DNA of 64,000 bases from Mytilus californianus (taxonomy: Eukaryota), in NCBI RefSeq assembly GCF_021869535.1, contig NW_026262668.1, positions 50,158,001 to 50,222,000 on the forward strand, in the 5' to 3' direction. The position numbers and the translations under genes are program-made. Position 1 is the stretch's first letter, and each line of letters starts with the position of its first letter. Shown here piece after piece: positions 1 to 12,889 of the stretch. The notes below the pieces were generated by a model. The model was not told where the DNA came from. It searched no databases and saw nothing but the letters and a program-made list of their open reading frames with translations.

Positions 1-1341
1 CGTTACTTTTGTTGACTAGTATGTATCTATACTACGACTGAAGATGTTTTTGCAATATTTCTGCCACTCACACTAGGACATAAAAGATTTATGTTGAAAT
101 TTTATGTCTAATAAAAGATGAAGTGTCCAAATTTGACAAAACGTTCACAACGCCCAAAATAAACCATATAGTTACAACAATGGATGTCTGAAGTTAAAAT
201 GTAACGCATTAGTAAGGTATTTGACACTTTTTGTGTCATATAGATTATGATGCATCATATACCACTATAGAAAATTAATGTTGATTGCTGCTTTAAATGG
301 TAAATATGTATGCCAAGTCCTCTGTTGCCAAATTTATTAACAACACTGTGTTAACACTTAAATATCTTTAAATGTGATCATCTATTGATTTTTAAAAAAA
401 AGCCCAGATTTATGTAAGGAATTTCTATGTTCTTTTCGAACTTTGTTAGTGGAAATTCCATTTTAGCACTTAAGCTTAGGTTATATGACCGTTTTAATTT
501 TCTTTTTTTGAATTTTCGTTTATTTCTTTTTATTATGTCCTTCTTCTTTCCTTTTTGTGGGAAATGGGAACCCTTTGTTACAAAAAATGTTACTAGACGG
601 TTTTTTTTTTTTCATCTTGTCAAACTGACTTTTCGTCAATATGGATTTCAAAATGGGTTGAGCAGAGACTAAAAGATTCATTTATACAATCTTAGTATTC
701 AGAAATGTTTAACAATCCTAAAACATAATGATTTGTGCTATATTTATAAAACTTTTTTGTTGGTTTTGAACAATATATTTCAGAATTATCACCATATTAC
801 ATTGTAGGTGTCAAGTCACCAATTCACCCACTCACATTTATAACAAATATAGCCCTACTCTCACTAAAACAGTGATTTTGATGTTATTGAGTTTTTTTCA
901 ACAAACAAATGAATTTACATGAAAGAAACTTTTGCTGAATGAGAAATATATTTTGACCATTTGAGCCTAAATTTACTTGTGCATGAATTTGCACTACAAT
1001 TTAAGGGTAGATGAGGTAAAAGTTTGCCTATAGATTTTGAGAAAACCGATTTTTTTTTTTAGTTCTTACTGCTGTAGGTGAATACCGGAATGTCATGTGT
1101 CACACATTTCAGGATATATATCTATTGAATTTAATCTTAAAGTAAAATATAAAGAGAGCTGTGAAAATTGAAAAATTTGTTTGAATATTTAAACGAAAAC
1201 CAATGTAGTATGTCATGTATCTTTTTCAAATAAGTGAAAAAACAGTTTGCTTAAATTTGTCATAAAAATGAAACACTTTGAACAACTTTTTTCTTCAAAA
1301 AATTTATTTGTGCAAAAACTAAGGATTACCAATAGATATAA

Positions 1342-1720
1342 AAATAAGAAGATGTGGTATGATTTCCAATGAAACAACTCTCCACCAGAACCCAAATGAC
1401 ATTGATGTTAACAACTATAGATCACCGTACGGCCTTCAACAATGAGCAAAACCATATACCGCATAGTCAGCATAGGAGGCTATTCCACAAACACATGTCG
1501 TGCGTACTCAAATTTTTGAACAGATTGAAATAGTATAACATTTTTTTTCTTTTTTGAATTCTTACATATTTTGACACGCCGGGGCCTTTTAATACTTACT
1601 ATACGGTATGAGTTTTACTCATGGTTGAAGGCCGTATGGTGACTTGTATTTGTTTACATCCTCGTCCTTTGAGATTTGGTTTGATAGTTGTCTCATTGGT
1701 TATCACAGCTCATCTACTTT
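1342..1720. repeat. Two inverted copies of the abundant GGTATGATTGCCAATGAGACAAC repeat family
   Basis: Plus copy 1342-1470 and minus copy ~1575-1720. The family also occurs at ~9040, 10220-10520, 26215-26790, 29700, 42310, 48805 and 54420. Confidence 0.7.
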
Positions 1721-2933
1721 TAAATCTTTATATTTCAACAAAGGCTGTGACACATTAATTAAGGTTCATGTGGACCCTTTGGCTAAAATGGCTACGTTTT
1801 CACCTCAAAATTTACTCTGAGTACAGACAAACCTGTGCATCTGGAAAAATTTTAAGACACAGCATGCCCTAGATAAAATAAAATTAATGTGGTTGAAATA
1901 TACTAAATGTGTTTATTAATTTCACAACAACCTGTATAATTTATCTATATACAATGTACCAATCTTTAATTTACATTTAAAACGGGTATAAAATATTTAA
2001 GAATCTCTCTTAACTATTGACGTTTTAACCCCCGTCTCCTATTTCTTCATATTGACGAAGAGCTCTTAATGACAAAATGTAATTCATTGCTTAGAAATAA
2101 CAACCACGGTACCAATTTTAATGCACTAGATGCGCATTAGAAAACATTACGAACATTACGAACTCCAGTATATTGGTTCGGTCAACGTGCACTTGGATAC
2201 CCCTGAAAGATTTGCAGTTGAAATTACAAGTATGTTCCATTTGTCGTACACACACAATCCCGTTCATGATAATTTTTGCAGTAAACATATTTGAAGTTAA
2301 AAAAACCAAACGTATCATCGATTTCCTTGCACAAGACATGTATTTCTTGAGTAACTTCTATCATATATGTTCGAGATAAAAAATAAATATATTTATAACG
2401 TTTAAGAGGAATTAAATTTTTGAACCGTTTAGCAAAAGAATTCCTTTGACACACCCTTTGAATCATTCAGATTATCTGCTATAATCTTAAAAGATTCGTC
2501 TTATAGCACACACATATTTTCTAGTAAGAATTTACAGATTCAAATTTAAAGGGACAGCTTAAAGTAAAATATGCAACTGCTATAAGTTTGCAATGGGCAT
2601 TTTAAAATATATTAGATTAATAAAACATAAAGCGTCCTAATGAATTTGACTTGTATTTTCTTCTTCTACAGTCTGATCTGTATATGTTTCAATCCTATCC
2701 TAAGTTCATTCTGTTAAATAATTATAAGCAATTATATGACTTTGTGTGTGTATTTCAACTGACTGACCCCGTGTTTTGAATTTTATTACAAAAGAAAAAG
2801 CCGTGTTTCATTACACAGAAAACCATGTCAGGGACCATAACAAAACAAAAGAATCTCTTTGTAAAGCTTGCATTTTTTTTCCGGACGATGTAAGCCATCA
2901 TTAAATTATCAAATTAAAATCAAAGTATTACGT

Positions 2934-2939
2934 TTTATT
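2934..2939 (-). promoter_or_regulatory. AATAAA polyadenylation signal of gene A
   Basis: AATAAA 12 nt after the stop; an AATAAA occurs at a similar distance after the stop in the other E6 copies (e.g. 43587-43592 for E, 56657-56662 for F). Confidence 0.5.
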
Positions 2940-2951
2940 GATTATTTTATA

Positions 2952-5900
2952 CTAGGCTCGCCGTATCATCATACGTGTCGCCTTCAATGAGCTGTATCCT
3001 TTCCAATGCTTCCAGGTGACACCAATAGTATTAGTACCCTTTAGATACCTCCCGTTAAGATTGGAGGCATAACAACCACTATACCACCATCCTCCCTTAT
3101 ACATTTCAGAACAGTTACCGCCGTAAACATCATTATCTCTATCCCTTGTAGAAAATCTATATCCATTATGAACGCCTAATGAATTCCCTGTGTTAAATAA
3201 AATATTGGCATATAAAAATATTGAAACTATGTATATTTATTGGTGCTTGGAAAATAATGATTTACTATTTTCAATTAAATTTATTATCTTTTTATAACAA
3301 ACCTGCATCGTAATTCCTGTTGAATATTCTGAACTAATAAGTTAGCTACAGGAATACTTGCCGAGCACACTATTTAACTATTTGTTCTATTGTTACTACT
3401 ATTATCTATTGTTTCAATTTGTAAAGATTAGAATAGAAATGTTTCCTAAATGTTAATACCGAAGAAATGAAAAACAAAGAAAGGGCATAGAAGGCCATAA
3501 TATAATTTAGTGATTACAATAAAATAAAAAAAAAAATGTTCAGAGTGTATTGGAACATTTGACAAAATAGTGTTTTAATATTGGGAACGATCATTTTTAA
3601 CTTTCAGGGGGGAGGGTATGGTTTTTTTTTCATTCAAAATCTATTTTTCGTACCACGCAAGCATCATTATACCATATTGTTTTCTTCCAAATTGGAAATC
3701 GGAATATTTTTTTAGGAAATTATCATAACCCAGTAACGATTCTAATGGAAACTACACAAGATTCGGGGTCATTATCATGATTTTGTTGACAATTCATTTG
3801 TCCCTAGCGCAACCAAAGAGAAGCAGGTTATCGCAGTCTTAAATCTTAAGATATCAGTATTGTCGTTTAAATTGTAAATTTACAGATTGCGTCCCTGTTT
3901 CCTATCTTTCCATTTGGTCGTAGTTTGGATTTGAATGACAAAAACCTTACAATTTACAGCAACGAATTACCTTAACGTTTTGTGTCGTTAATTAGATTTA
4001 TATTATCTTATAAGGTTTTAATTGATGTAGTGTATATTCTATTTCAATTATCATGAATCTACATTACCTGCATTTCCAGTGTAACCAGCTACTTCCAGCT
4101 TGTACCCTGACCTTTCGTTCTTAACAACAAAAGTGTTGTAGATGGCATATCGGTGGTTATTTTCAAAGTCCCACATGTCTATTCGCAATATGTAATATCC
4201 CTGTTCTGTCAGTTTGCTCAAATACTCATTCCCTATAGTTAAAATTGCACAATTTATTGCCACATTGCAATAATAAAAAGTTTTGATATGTGTCAGTTAA
4301 ACGTTTTATGAAGAAATGCATGTACTTCATCAATTACTAGTAACAACATCACAATAGTGTGAATAAATCACCTACATCTCCTTTTTACTTATATCTTAAG
4401 AATCAGTAAGGTACTGTTAGAAGTGTAAGAAGCACAGAATATTAAAACCTTTCGAAACACTAAGATTTTTACCTCCAAAGGCATGAATAACATTATCAGT
4501 ATTCGGCGCAATATTTTGTACATTTATGGTTTCAATTATGTTTTAAGGTCGTAACTGATTTGACTTTCCAATTTTTGTTTAAATTTAGCGCCACTAATGA
4601 GTTTCGTGTTGACGAAAGCGCGTCTGGGGTACTAAAATATGAGCTTGGAATCTTTAATGAGGATTTAGATTTGTTTTAAATTGTAATTGAAAAAAATATA
4701 AATATATTATATTTTAATTTATCTCTGTCAAATAAGCCGACAATTAGATAAACAAACCTTACCTAACCAGAAATCTCCTTCAAAATTCCCAAAGCCATTT
4801 TTATACGACTCCCAGTCTCTGTAAAAGCCAACAAAACCATTGGTTCTTCGTTGGAATAACTGTGGAAGACAATTCCTTTTAGATATCATTTCAGCGATGA
4901 ATGAAATTTGACTTCGTTACATGCATCTCTATTAATCAGGGGATACTTTCTATATCTCTTGTTTGTTCTTTAATAAATTATGTTATTACTATCATATCTC
5001 AAAACAGCATATCATACTCGTAGTGCGTTTGTGTTGATAGTATTATATGTTATTTATAGAGCTCCTTTTACGAATTAACGTATGAAATGCACGGAAAGCG
5101 TTGTTGTTAGTCATACCGATAAAATGAAATTAAATGCTTTTTCTGAAATAATTTTGATTTTGATTTTTCTTTGTTTAATTTATTATTCCATTTGTCGAAA
5201 TTGAAAAAAAGAGGATTGGGTTCTTAAAACAAAACAAAAAATCTTGTCCTTAACCATCCTCGTCATTGGATGTCTTTGTTCATATAATTGTGTTGTGTTT
5301 TCCTTTCAATAAGTAGGTGTTTGTGACAGGATCTTAAGCAGTTCTTTATTGATAAGGTTGCTGTCTTCTTGAAGTTTCTCTCTTTCTTCATATTAGCACG
5401 GTTCTGTTGCATTGTTCTTGCATATCAAAAGGGATTACGGTATCGTACATTTGTACTTGTGGACTCTTTATTTTACGTTTTCCTCTTTTTAACAAACATA
5501 AAACTATGATAGTTTATAGTTTATCTGAATTTATTACATAAACTAATCAAAATGTTTTCAATTTTTAAACGGCATTTCTAAAACGGCACAACTTTCAGTA
5601 AATATCATATATACGAACCGTCCAACCACCTCCAAAACTCTTCATATCACAAAAGACATTGAAACCGGAAGTTCCGTCCGGATAAATTTTATAGACTCCA
5701 CTTTTGTTTTCTGATTTTCTCATTTCACCACAGTCGGAAGGTCGGGCGCCTAAACCTTTATAGGATATAAAAATAAAGAATAAAGATGATATGACTCTCA
5801 AACATGTTCTATTTTATCTATTTTATAATTAAGAAACTTAAGGTTCTAATACAGTCTGGCAAAGATGACCTGAGATGAATTTGGCTATTCGGTTTAGGTC

Positions 5901-6708
5901 ATTTTTTGTGCCTGGCTATCACATATTAAGGTTTGAGGGTGCCTGATGAAGGTTACTCCAGAAAATCCTTCGAACGCCTAGATGTATAATGTGTTTATTT
6001 TATTTCAAAATGATAAGTGCTTTCTTTTTAACAGCCTGCCAAAACTGAATATTTAAAAAGATATATTTTTGGTAGACGAAGAAAATTGTTGCATCCATAA
6101 ACTTTGATCTATCTTATTGGATAAAACTTATAGTTCCATCTACAATCTAATTTATTTTTGTTAAAGTTTGAAAGAACCAACTCAAATAACATGTAAACGA
6201 TTTTTTTAATTGTAGCACATTACCTTTGGAAGGGGACGCGATGCATTGACTCGTAGTTTCTGTGATAAGATTAGCCACTTGGTCGGCTACTTCCCTGACA
6301 CATTTCTCTACAATAAATATTTGAAGACATCTTATTCTAATTTCAATCATTAAAACTATTGAAAACAGATATGTTAAATATGAACTCGAACAGTTCAAAC
6401 AAAATCGATGTAACAAAATATTGTCGTAGCAGAAATTTGTAATTCAAATTGTCATAGAAGAAAATGTTTTCAACGTGGTCTTTTATAAACGCGTGATGAT
6501 TTATTGCAACATTATATACCTATATGGAATTATAGCTTGGTACTTGATTTAAATTTTGTTTTCTCGGTCAATGTGTTCATTGATTTCAAATTAATTTGTT
6601 CATCAAATCAAACATAATATTGTGCATTTTCCTACCTTTGTTTATTTCCTTGCCATAGCTTTGTACAAAAACGAGAAGAAAGGCAGTTAACAGCAATTCC
6701 ATATGCAT
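2952..6708 (-). CDS. Gene A: intact secreted fibrinogen-related domain protein (FReD/ficolin-like), 6 coding exons, 263 aa
   Basis: Hand-spliced exons (minus): E1 6636-6708, E2 6224-6307, E3 5619-5755, E4 4763-4859, E5 4068-4232, E6 2952-3187. All introns are GT..AG and the total of 792 nt is in frame. Protein: [19 protein letters not shown] signal, [21 protein letters not shown], then FReD motifs [69 protein letters not shown]. Confidence 0.92.
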
Positions 6709-7694
6709 TGTATTCCGAATGTGACTTGAAACAAAACAAATGAATATGTTTCCTTACTGCTAGTATTTTGACTACATATGCTGCCACATAAATATACGTA
6801 TAGACTTTTACAAATGTTGTTGCGTGTTATATGTAATATGAGAGGCATTATTTCCTGATCATTTAATCGACTTAATTCTGTTATTCCCAAAACAGGTTCT
6901 GCATTCTTAAAAGTTCTAATACGTACCAAATGTCATTGACTGTACATAGGATTAGTTTAATTCTATACATGTACCAATGAAAAAGGAGGATTTTGGAAAT
7001 GAAAATTCTGGCGTGTAAAGAACTGGAAACAAAATAACCTTCGACAAGACTGGTTGTAAAATATATATTCTGCACAACAAAGTGTAAGGAATGAATGAGC
7101 ACAAAAGTGAAAAAGTTAGCGGGATTAACTTGTTACTTAAAAAAAAGTACTTTTTCTTTTCCTTTATTTACCCGTTACACAAGTACACGATTTGCCATTA
7201 ACGTTAGCATTCTTAGTCCAAACATACGCTTAAACACTGACTTCATAATATCGAAAACATTTTAAAACAAAATAAAAGGATAGCCGTTGGAAATTTGTTC
7301 ATTCACAAGTTCTTAAATGTTTATTTTAAAGCTTTAAATCTGGTATGCTCTAGTGTATAGGCCAATATATTTTGGTAATTTCTGTTTTCCTTTTTATGTA
7401 TTATTTAAATTGTGTCATTTATAACAAATAAGATGCGTCTAAAATTGTATAATTTGTGTTTCTGTAAAAAAAAACATAGTTGCAAAACCGTTTTATAAAC
7501 CAAGAGGACGATGCTCGAAAGATATAAAGCTAACGGAACCAGACAGGTTAAAGGACAAATACAAACATATATACATGTAAACGAAAATATTAAAAGAACA
7601 AAGAGGTCATTTACATTTTCGTTATTTGGTCTCTGATGTAAAGTTGTCTCATTGACAATCATATCCCGTCTCCCTTTTTATAAGGAAACCTCAC

Positions 7695-7790
7695 GTTATT
7701 TCTTATTCATATACCACAGGCAAACATAATTGGTTTTTGACAATGGACAAGCAACCAAAACCATAAGACATGCTATCAATGTTGATTCCA
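7695..7790 (-). other. Putative non-coding first exon (E0) of gene A
   Basis: Block conserved upstream of A, B (from 12967), D (from 38891) and E (from 53161), ending in a GTGAG donor on the minus strand. E1 is preceded by an AG acceptor 16 nt before the ATG. The 5' boundary is approximate. Confidence 0.5.
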
Positions 7791-8685
7791 AAAAAAATAA
7801 ATTTAATGGACGAAAAGATAGGCATGTAGAGACAGCTACAAAGAACGATACAATTAACGACCTTTGAAATATTAAAAACTCATCTTAAAGGCTTATAATT
7901 TTGTACGTCAAACTCGTGTTTCATCTACTCAAGGCTCAGTGACGCTCGGATCAAATACATGTTTATTTAAAATAAACTGCTATATCATATGTTTTAGTAA
8001 GAATCTGAAATGAAAATAGTAAATACTCGGTTTTCCGTGCGGTCAGATAAGGATAATGTATAAATGAAAGGTGATATCGCAAAAAATATCAGCGCCAGAT
8101 CAAACATAATTTAGATTTAAACAACACACCTAAATGCAGAAGAACACAAAAAGCGCAAAAAACTTAGGATAAGCTAGAATCGAAGATCTGGTATTGTTAC
8201 ATAATTTTACAGCATACGACTTTTTTTATAAGAATTTGACTATCTAGTATTCAATGACATATTCATAAGTCTAAACCCTTATATTTATGACTTTACCAAA
8301 CATTTGGCACATACGAGCGAATTCTAGCACCTTCCTCTTTTACGTGCATATATTTCTGAAAAAATATGATGATGAAGTTGTTTATGTATAGATGATGCAT
8401 CAGTTTTGCATTTAGTCTATATAATAGGGATAATTAGTTTAATAAAAATCTTGGGACGAATCGATTTTTATTTAGATTTTTTTTCTTTATTGAAATAACG
8501 TAAATATTCCAGTATTTAAACTCCCCCAAAAAACCGAGGAAAAACAGACAATACCAGCGTATGGATTTTCTACCTAGGAATAGATTACCTTAGCTGTATT
8601 TTGCAAAACCTTTCGGAACTTTGTGCCCTCAATGCTCTTCAACTTCGTACTTTAATTGGCTTTTTTTAATTTTGTGATTCGACGA

Positions 8686-8729
8686 GCGTCACTGGTGAGT
8701 CTTTTGCAGACGAAACGCGCGTCTTGCGT
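8686..8729 (+). ncRNA. Degenerate minimal type-I hammerhead ribozyme motif (Penelope/retrozyme type)
   Basis: GCGTCA-CTGGTGA-GTC(TTTTGCA)GAC-GAAA-C(GCGC)G-TC-TTGCGT; topology is complete but the core CUGAUGA is mutated at A6. Confidence 0.6.
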
Positions 8730-9214
8730 ACACAATTCTAATCCTAGTATTAATGATGTGTTTATTATTAAGTTAAAATTGTTCAAATGGCATAAGGATT
8801 AATCATCAAATGGTAAATATCTATTACGGAGTAATAGAGACATTATTTTCAGCTTGGTTCAAATACCATTTAAAATTAAAACTGACTCTTTAAGGATACT
8901 GTAGTATATAGTTCATATGAACATAACATCTTGATTTGCTGCCACTGCTGTACTGATAGTTCCTGACATTTTGATATCATGTTGATGATAGATTTTTTTA
9001 ACTGAACCTGAAATAAAATCAGTTAAATATAAAAAAGGGGATGAGGTATGATTGCCAATGAAACAACTATCTACCTAAGTTCAAATGAAGTGGATGCAAG
9101 CAATTATAAGCAACCGTACGGCCTTCAACAATGAAATATAAAGTTTAACTCGGATGATATGATATATTTGCTTAAGGTCCGGGTACATGTAAGTCATTTA
9201 TATCTATTTTCGAT

Positions 9215-9530
9215 CGTCACCTGCCTCGAGTGCGGGAGTATGTGGTTTCGATCCATGGCCGGGTCAACCGAAAGTCTTGGGCCTATAATTGCTTACAACA
9301 CTTCATTTGAACTTTGGTGGATAGTTGTCTCATTGGCAATCATACCATATCTCCTTATTAATATATTGGGACTTGCTGTTTTTTCCGACAAGCACGATGG
9401 GAGAGATAAGACAAAGACTGGTTGACCGGGGGTCTGAATAATGTGTCCAGGTATGGTAACAGGTCTTCTTGTGGTCTGTTACCTTGCAAATTGGCACGTT
9501 AAAAATTCAACACAGTGTGTCGGTCTTTTT
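9215..9530 (+). mobile_element. Meta-type SINE (paralogous copy at 42520-42740)
   Basis: Same head and core layout; this copy carries an ~80-bp nested repeat at 9284-9365 that is absent from the 42.5 kb copy. Confidence 0.6.
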
Positions 9531-11059
9531 CAAAAATAAAACCCAGGTAGCTATGATATTACACAACCACTGACGCGGTTCCTGGCGCGGTTCAGGCTGA
9601 ATATTAGTATGTACTATCGTTGATACTCCTTCCCTTACTTACTAATTTTAAGTTGGACGTGCAATGTCAGCAATATTTTAGTTCACTTTATTATAAGGTT
9701 GGGGTAAACAACGGATTAAGCTCTTACATTTCGAGGAAGTTGCAATACAATCTATACTACTGAAACATCGAGGTCCAATTTGATAGCCGGCATGACGCAA
9801 AAACGACGAATCAAAGAATTCAACTTGATGTATAACTAATACAGGACAATGGTGTTGATTAAAATTACACCATTCCAGGCCCTTTCGTTTTCTACATAAT
9901 AAATATTACCAATAATTAACAAGCTCCGGTCGAATCTGATACCGATACCAATAGTATTATTACATGTAGTTTCCAGTTTTAGTAAGAAAACCAGGACGGG
10001 TTCAAACGGAAAGATTTTGAAAGCAAAGACAACTGTGCACCTTATAATTAGTATGACTTTATCAGATGACAATACGAATACTAATAATCCAGGCTTAAAA
10101 CAAGGTGTAGGTACTTTAATTCAGTCATTGACCCGCGATGTCGCGGGTGTGTTCTAGTAACATTTAAAGGTACCACATTAAATTTTCCAGATACGCATTT
10201 TGAAAATCGATGTCTCCTTAGTGATGCTCAAGGTAATGGACTCAATGCTCAAGGAGCCTGTTGTTTAGTGGTTGTCGTTTGTCGGTGTGGTCATAAGTGT
10301 TTCTCGTTTCTCGTTTTGTATATAGATTAGACCGTTGGTTTTCCTGTTTGAATTGTTTTACACTAGTCATTTTGGGGCCTTTTATAGCTTACTGTCTGAT
10401 GTGAGCCAAGGCTCCGTGTTGAAGGCCGTACTTTGACCTATAATGATTAACTTTTTACACATTGTGACTTGGATTGAAAGTTGTCTCATTGGCACTCAAA
10501 CCACATCTTCTTATTTATAATCAATCCTGTGTGTCCAAAAATTAAGGCATTATATAATGCTAGAAATGGTTAATCCACGTTAATAGAACATACACAGATA
10601 TTTATTTTGGACTATATAGTTTTAGTACGTGTTGTGTACAAGACTGTATGTGAACGAATCTTGAATTGACTTTGCAGTGGTAGCGTATAAAAAACACAGG
10701 TTAATCAATAAGGGAAATCAGACATCAAAAGAGGACAAAAACAAACAGCGAGATAAATGAAAAATGTACACAAAATAAAAAAAACCATAGGAGATGGAAA
10801 ATATTTATAACAAAAGATTTGGACAATACGTTCTCCAAACGAAAAGGTTTGTAATTAGATGATCAATACAAATGAACTGCAGCATTCAAATTAACTGTTA
10901 AAGGTCAAGTTCGAAGTAAATTGAAAAACTTTGAAACACAAGTATGTATTACAAAAGAATAAGACAACCCCTGTGTGAAGCTTTATTTTTTTTAGAGAAT
11001 AAAGTACATTTTAGTGCAAAACTGAAATCAGGGTATTCATTTTTATTTCTTATTTTTTG

Positions 11060-12889
11060 CTAGGCTCGCCGTATCATAATACGTGTTGCCTTCAATGAGT
11101 TGTTGTATTCCTTGCAATGACTCCAGTTGGCACCAATAGCATGAGCACTGTGTTTTCCCTTTATGTACCTCCCGTTAAGATTTGAGCTATGACACTGATT
11201 ATACCACCATCCTCCTTTATACATCTCTGCACAGTTATGGCGGTAAACATCATTATCTCGATCCCTTGTAGAACATTTATATTCATTATGACTGCCGAAT
11301 GAATCACCTGTATAAAATAAAATATTTAAGTCTTAACTAGTCAGTTGGTGTCTGAAAAATAATTTTCAACTAAATATATTATATATTATCAAACCTGTAC
11401 CGTATTCTAGTCCGAGATTACTCTGACGTTCAACGGCTGTTTTGCCAGACAAGCTGGGGCCGTGGGACGTCAGAGCTCGTCCCATATCAAAAAGTGGATA
11501 TTTGCCCGTCCAAAATAGATGCGCTGCTTCGTCGCTTCTGGTGCCAACGGACGGCCTTGGAATTATATAAATCGGGTATCAATTTGTTCATTTTTCATTT
11601 ATCTCTTCATTTATGTAAGTTTCAACTACCTGCCACCCTTTATTTTCTTGTATTTAGACAGTTTTCACAGTGACCCACCGATTCTGGCATTTTGACTTTC
11701 ATTTTGAAAGATTGTCATGTGATCACGAGAAAAAAGTAAGGCACAATGGACTATGGGAAATGATGTATGCATATGACCCTAGGTCAATAATGAATATATA
11801 ATCTAACACCTCGCTCATTTACGATGCAAGCAATGTAAATATCCGAGAGCTTCCGAATGTTATCGTGGTTGGCACTAAATGCTTAATACCGATCTCCTGT
11901 AAAGGAGGTGAAAAATCGTGGTTGGCTACTAAATGTTTAATATCGATCTCCTATAAAGGACGTGAAAAAAGTATAAATATTTGCATATTTGAGTCTCGAG
12001 GTCGCAAAATCTCGTCCATTTGAAAATAAAAGTAAAAATGTCTGAATCGATGGGTCACTGTGAAAACTGTCTAAATATGAGAAAATAAAGGGTGGTAGGT
12101 AGGTGAAACTTACATAAATGAAGAGATATCCACTTTTTGATATGGGACGAGCTCTGAGAAAACAAAGAAGGTCATTGAAGGCCATAATGTAATTTGGTTA
12201 ATACAATTAAAACATTATGAGTGCAGAGCGAATTGGGACATTTGAAAAAATAGTGTTTTAATATAGGGAATAATCAGGAATAATCATTTAAATTTGGGGT
12301 GGGTGGGGGTATGGTATTTTTTTTCATTTTGAATTTTTTTTTCGTACCACGCAAGCATCTAATTTTTTTGTCGCGCAAATTCTTTTCCTTAGAATTTAAC
12401 ATTAAATTCAATGGTAAATACTCTCAATCCTTTTGGTCGGTCTTTCATTTGGACCAATCCTGACACTCCTTGGTGTATTATAATTCAAGAAAAACCTTAA
12501 AATATGTATTATCTATAACTTATTTCAATTTCAACAAAACAGATATGCTAGATATAACCTCGAATAGTTCAAACAATATCGATGTAGAGATGCAACAAAA
12601 TGTTTTCGTAGAAGAATTTTTTCATTCAAATTATCAGGGAAGAAAATGTTCTAAACGTAGTCTTTTAAAACGTGTGATGATTTTTTGCAACATCATATAC
12701 TTATATGAAATTTACTTGTTACTTGATTGAAAATTATGTTTTCTTGGTCAATGTGTTCATAGATTTGATATTAAATTTGTTCATCACATCAAACATTATA
12801 TTGTTCATTTTCCTACCTTTGTTTATTTCCTTGCCATAGCTTTGTACAAAAACGAGAAGAAAGGCAGTTAACAAAAAATCCGTATGCAT
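11060..12889 (-). CDS. Gene B: internally deleted FReD paralog, two exons (signal peptide + terminal P-subdomain exon), in-frame 106 aa ORF; functional gene or pseudogene unresolved
   Basis: E1 12817-12889 ([29 protein letters not shown] donor) and E6 11060-11307 (TACAG acceptor; [39 protein letters not shown]). No E2-E5 lie between them; the intervening 1.5 kb is a chimera of intron-1-like and intron-5-like sequence. Both junctions are phase 1. Confidence 0.7.
11400..12156. mobile_element. MITE/foldback element in the intron of gene B
   Basis: About 140-bp inverted repeat: 11471-11501 plus 11601-11710 versus 12017-12156 (CAGAGCTCGTCCCATATCAAAAAGTGGATAT...). Internal 53-bp tandem duplication at 11862-11968. 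Absent from the homologous intron of gene E. Confidence 0.7.

Noticed and set aside
921-1200. A seventh paralog at the left edge (similarity to intron 4 of gene C at 18126-18460)
   Set aside because: No E4 or E5 coding sequence is recognisable at the expected distances; it may be an interspersed repeat or a fully eroded relic.
5595-5801. ORF-track '[16 protein letters not shown]' as a signal peptide or start
   Set aside because: It begins at TTG and the hydrophobic stretch is the translated polypyrimidine tract; the true exon starts at 5755 after an AG acceptor.
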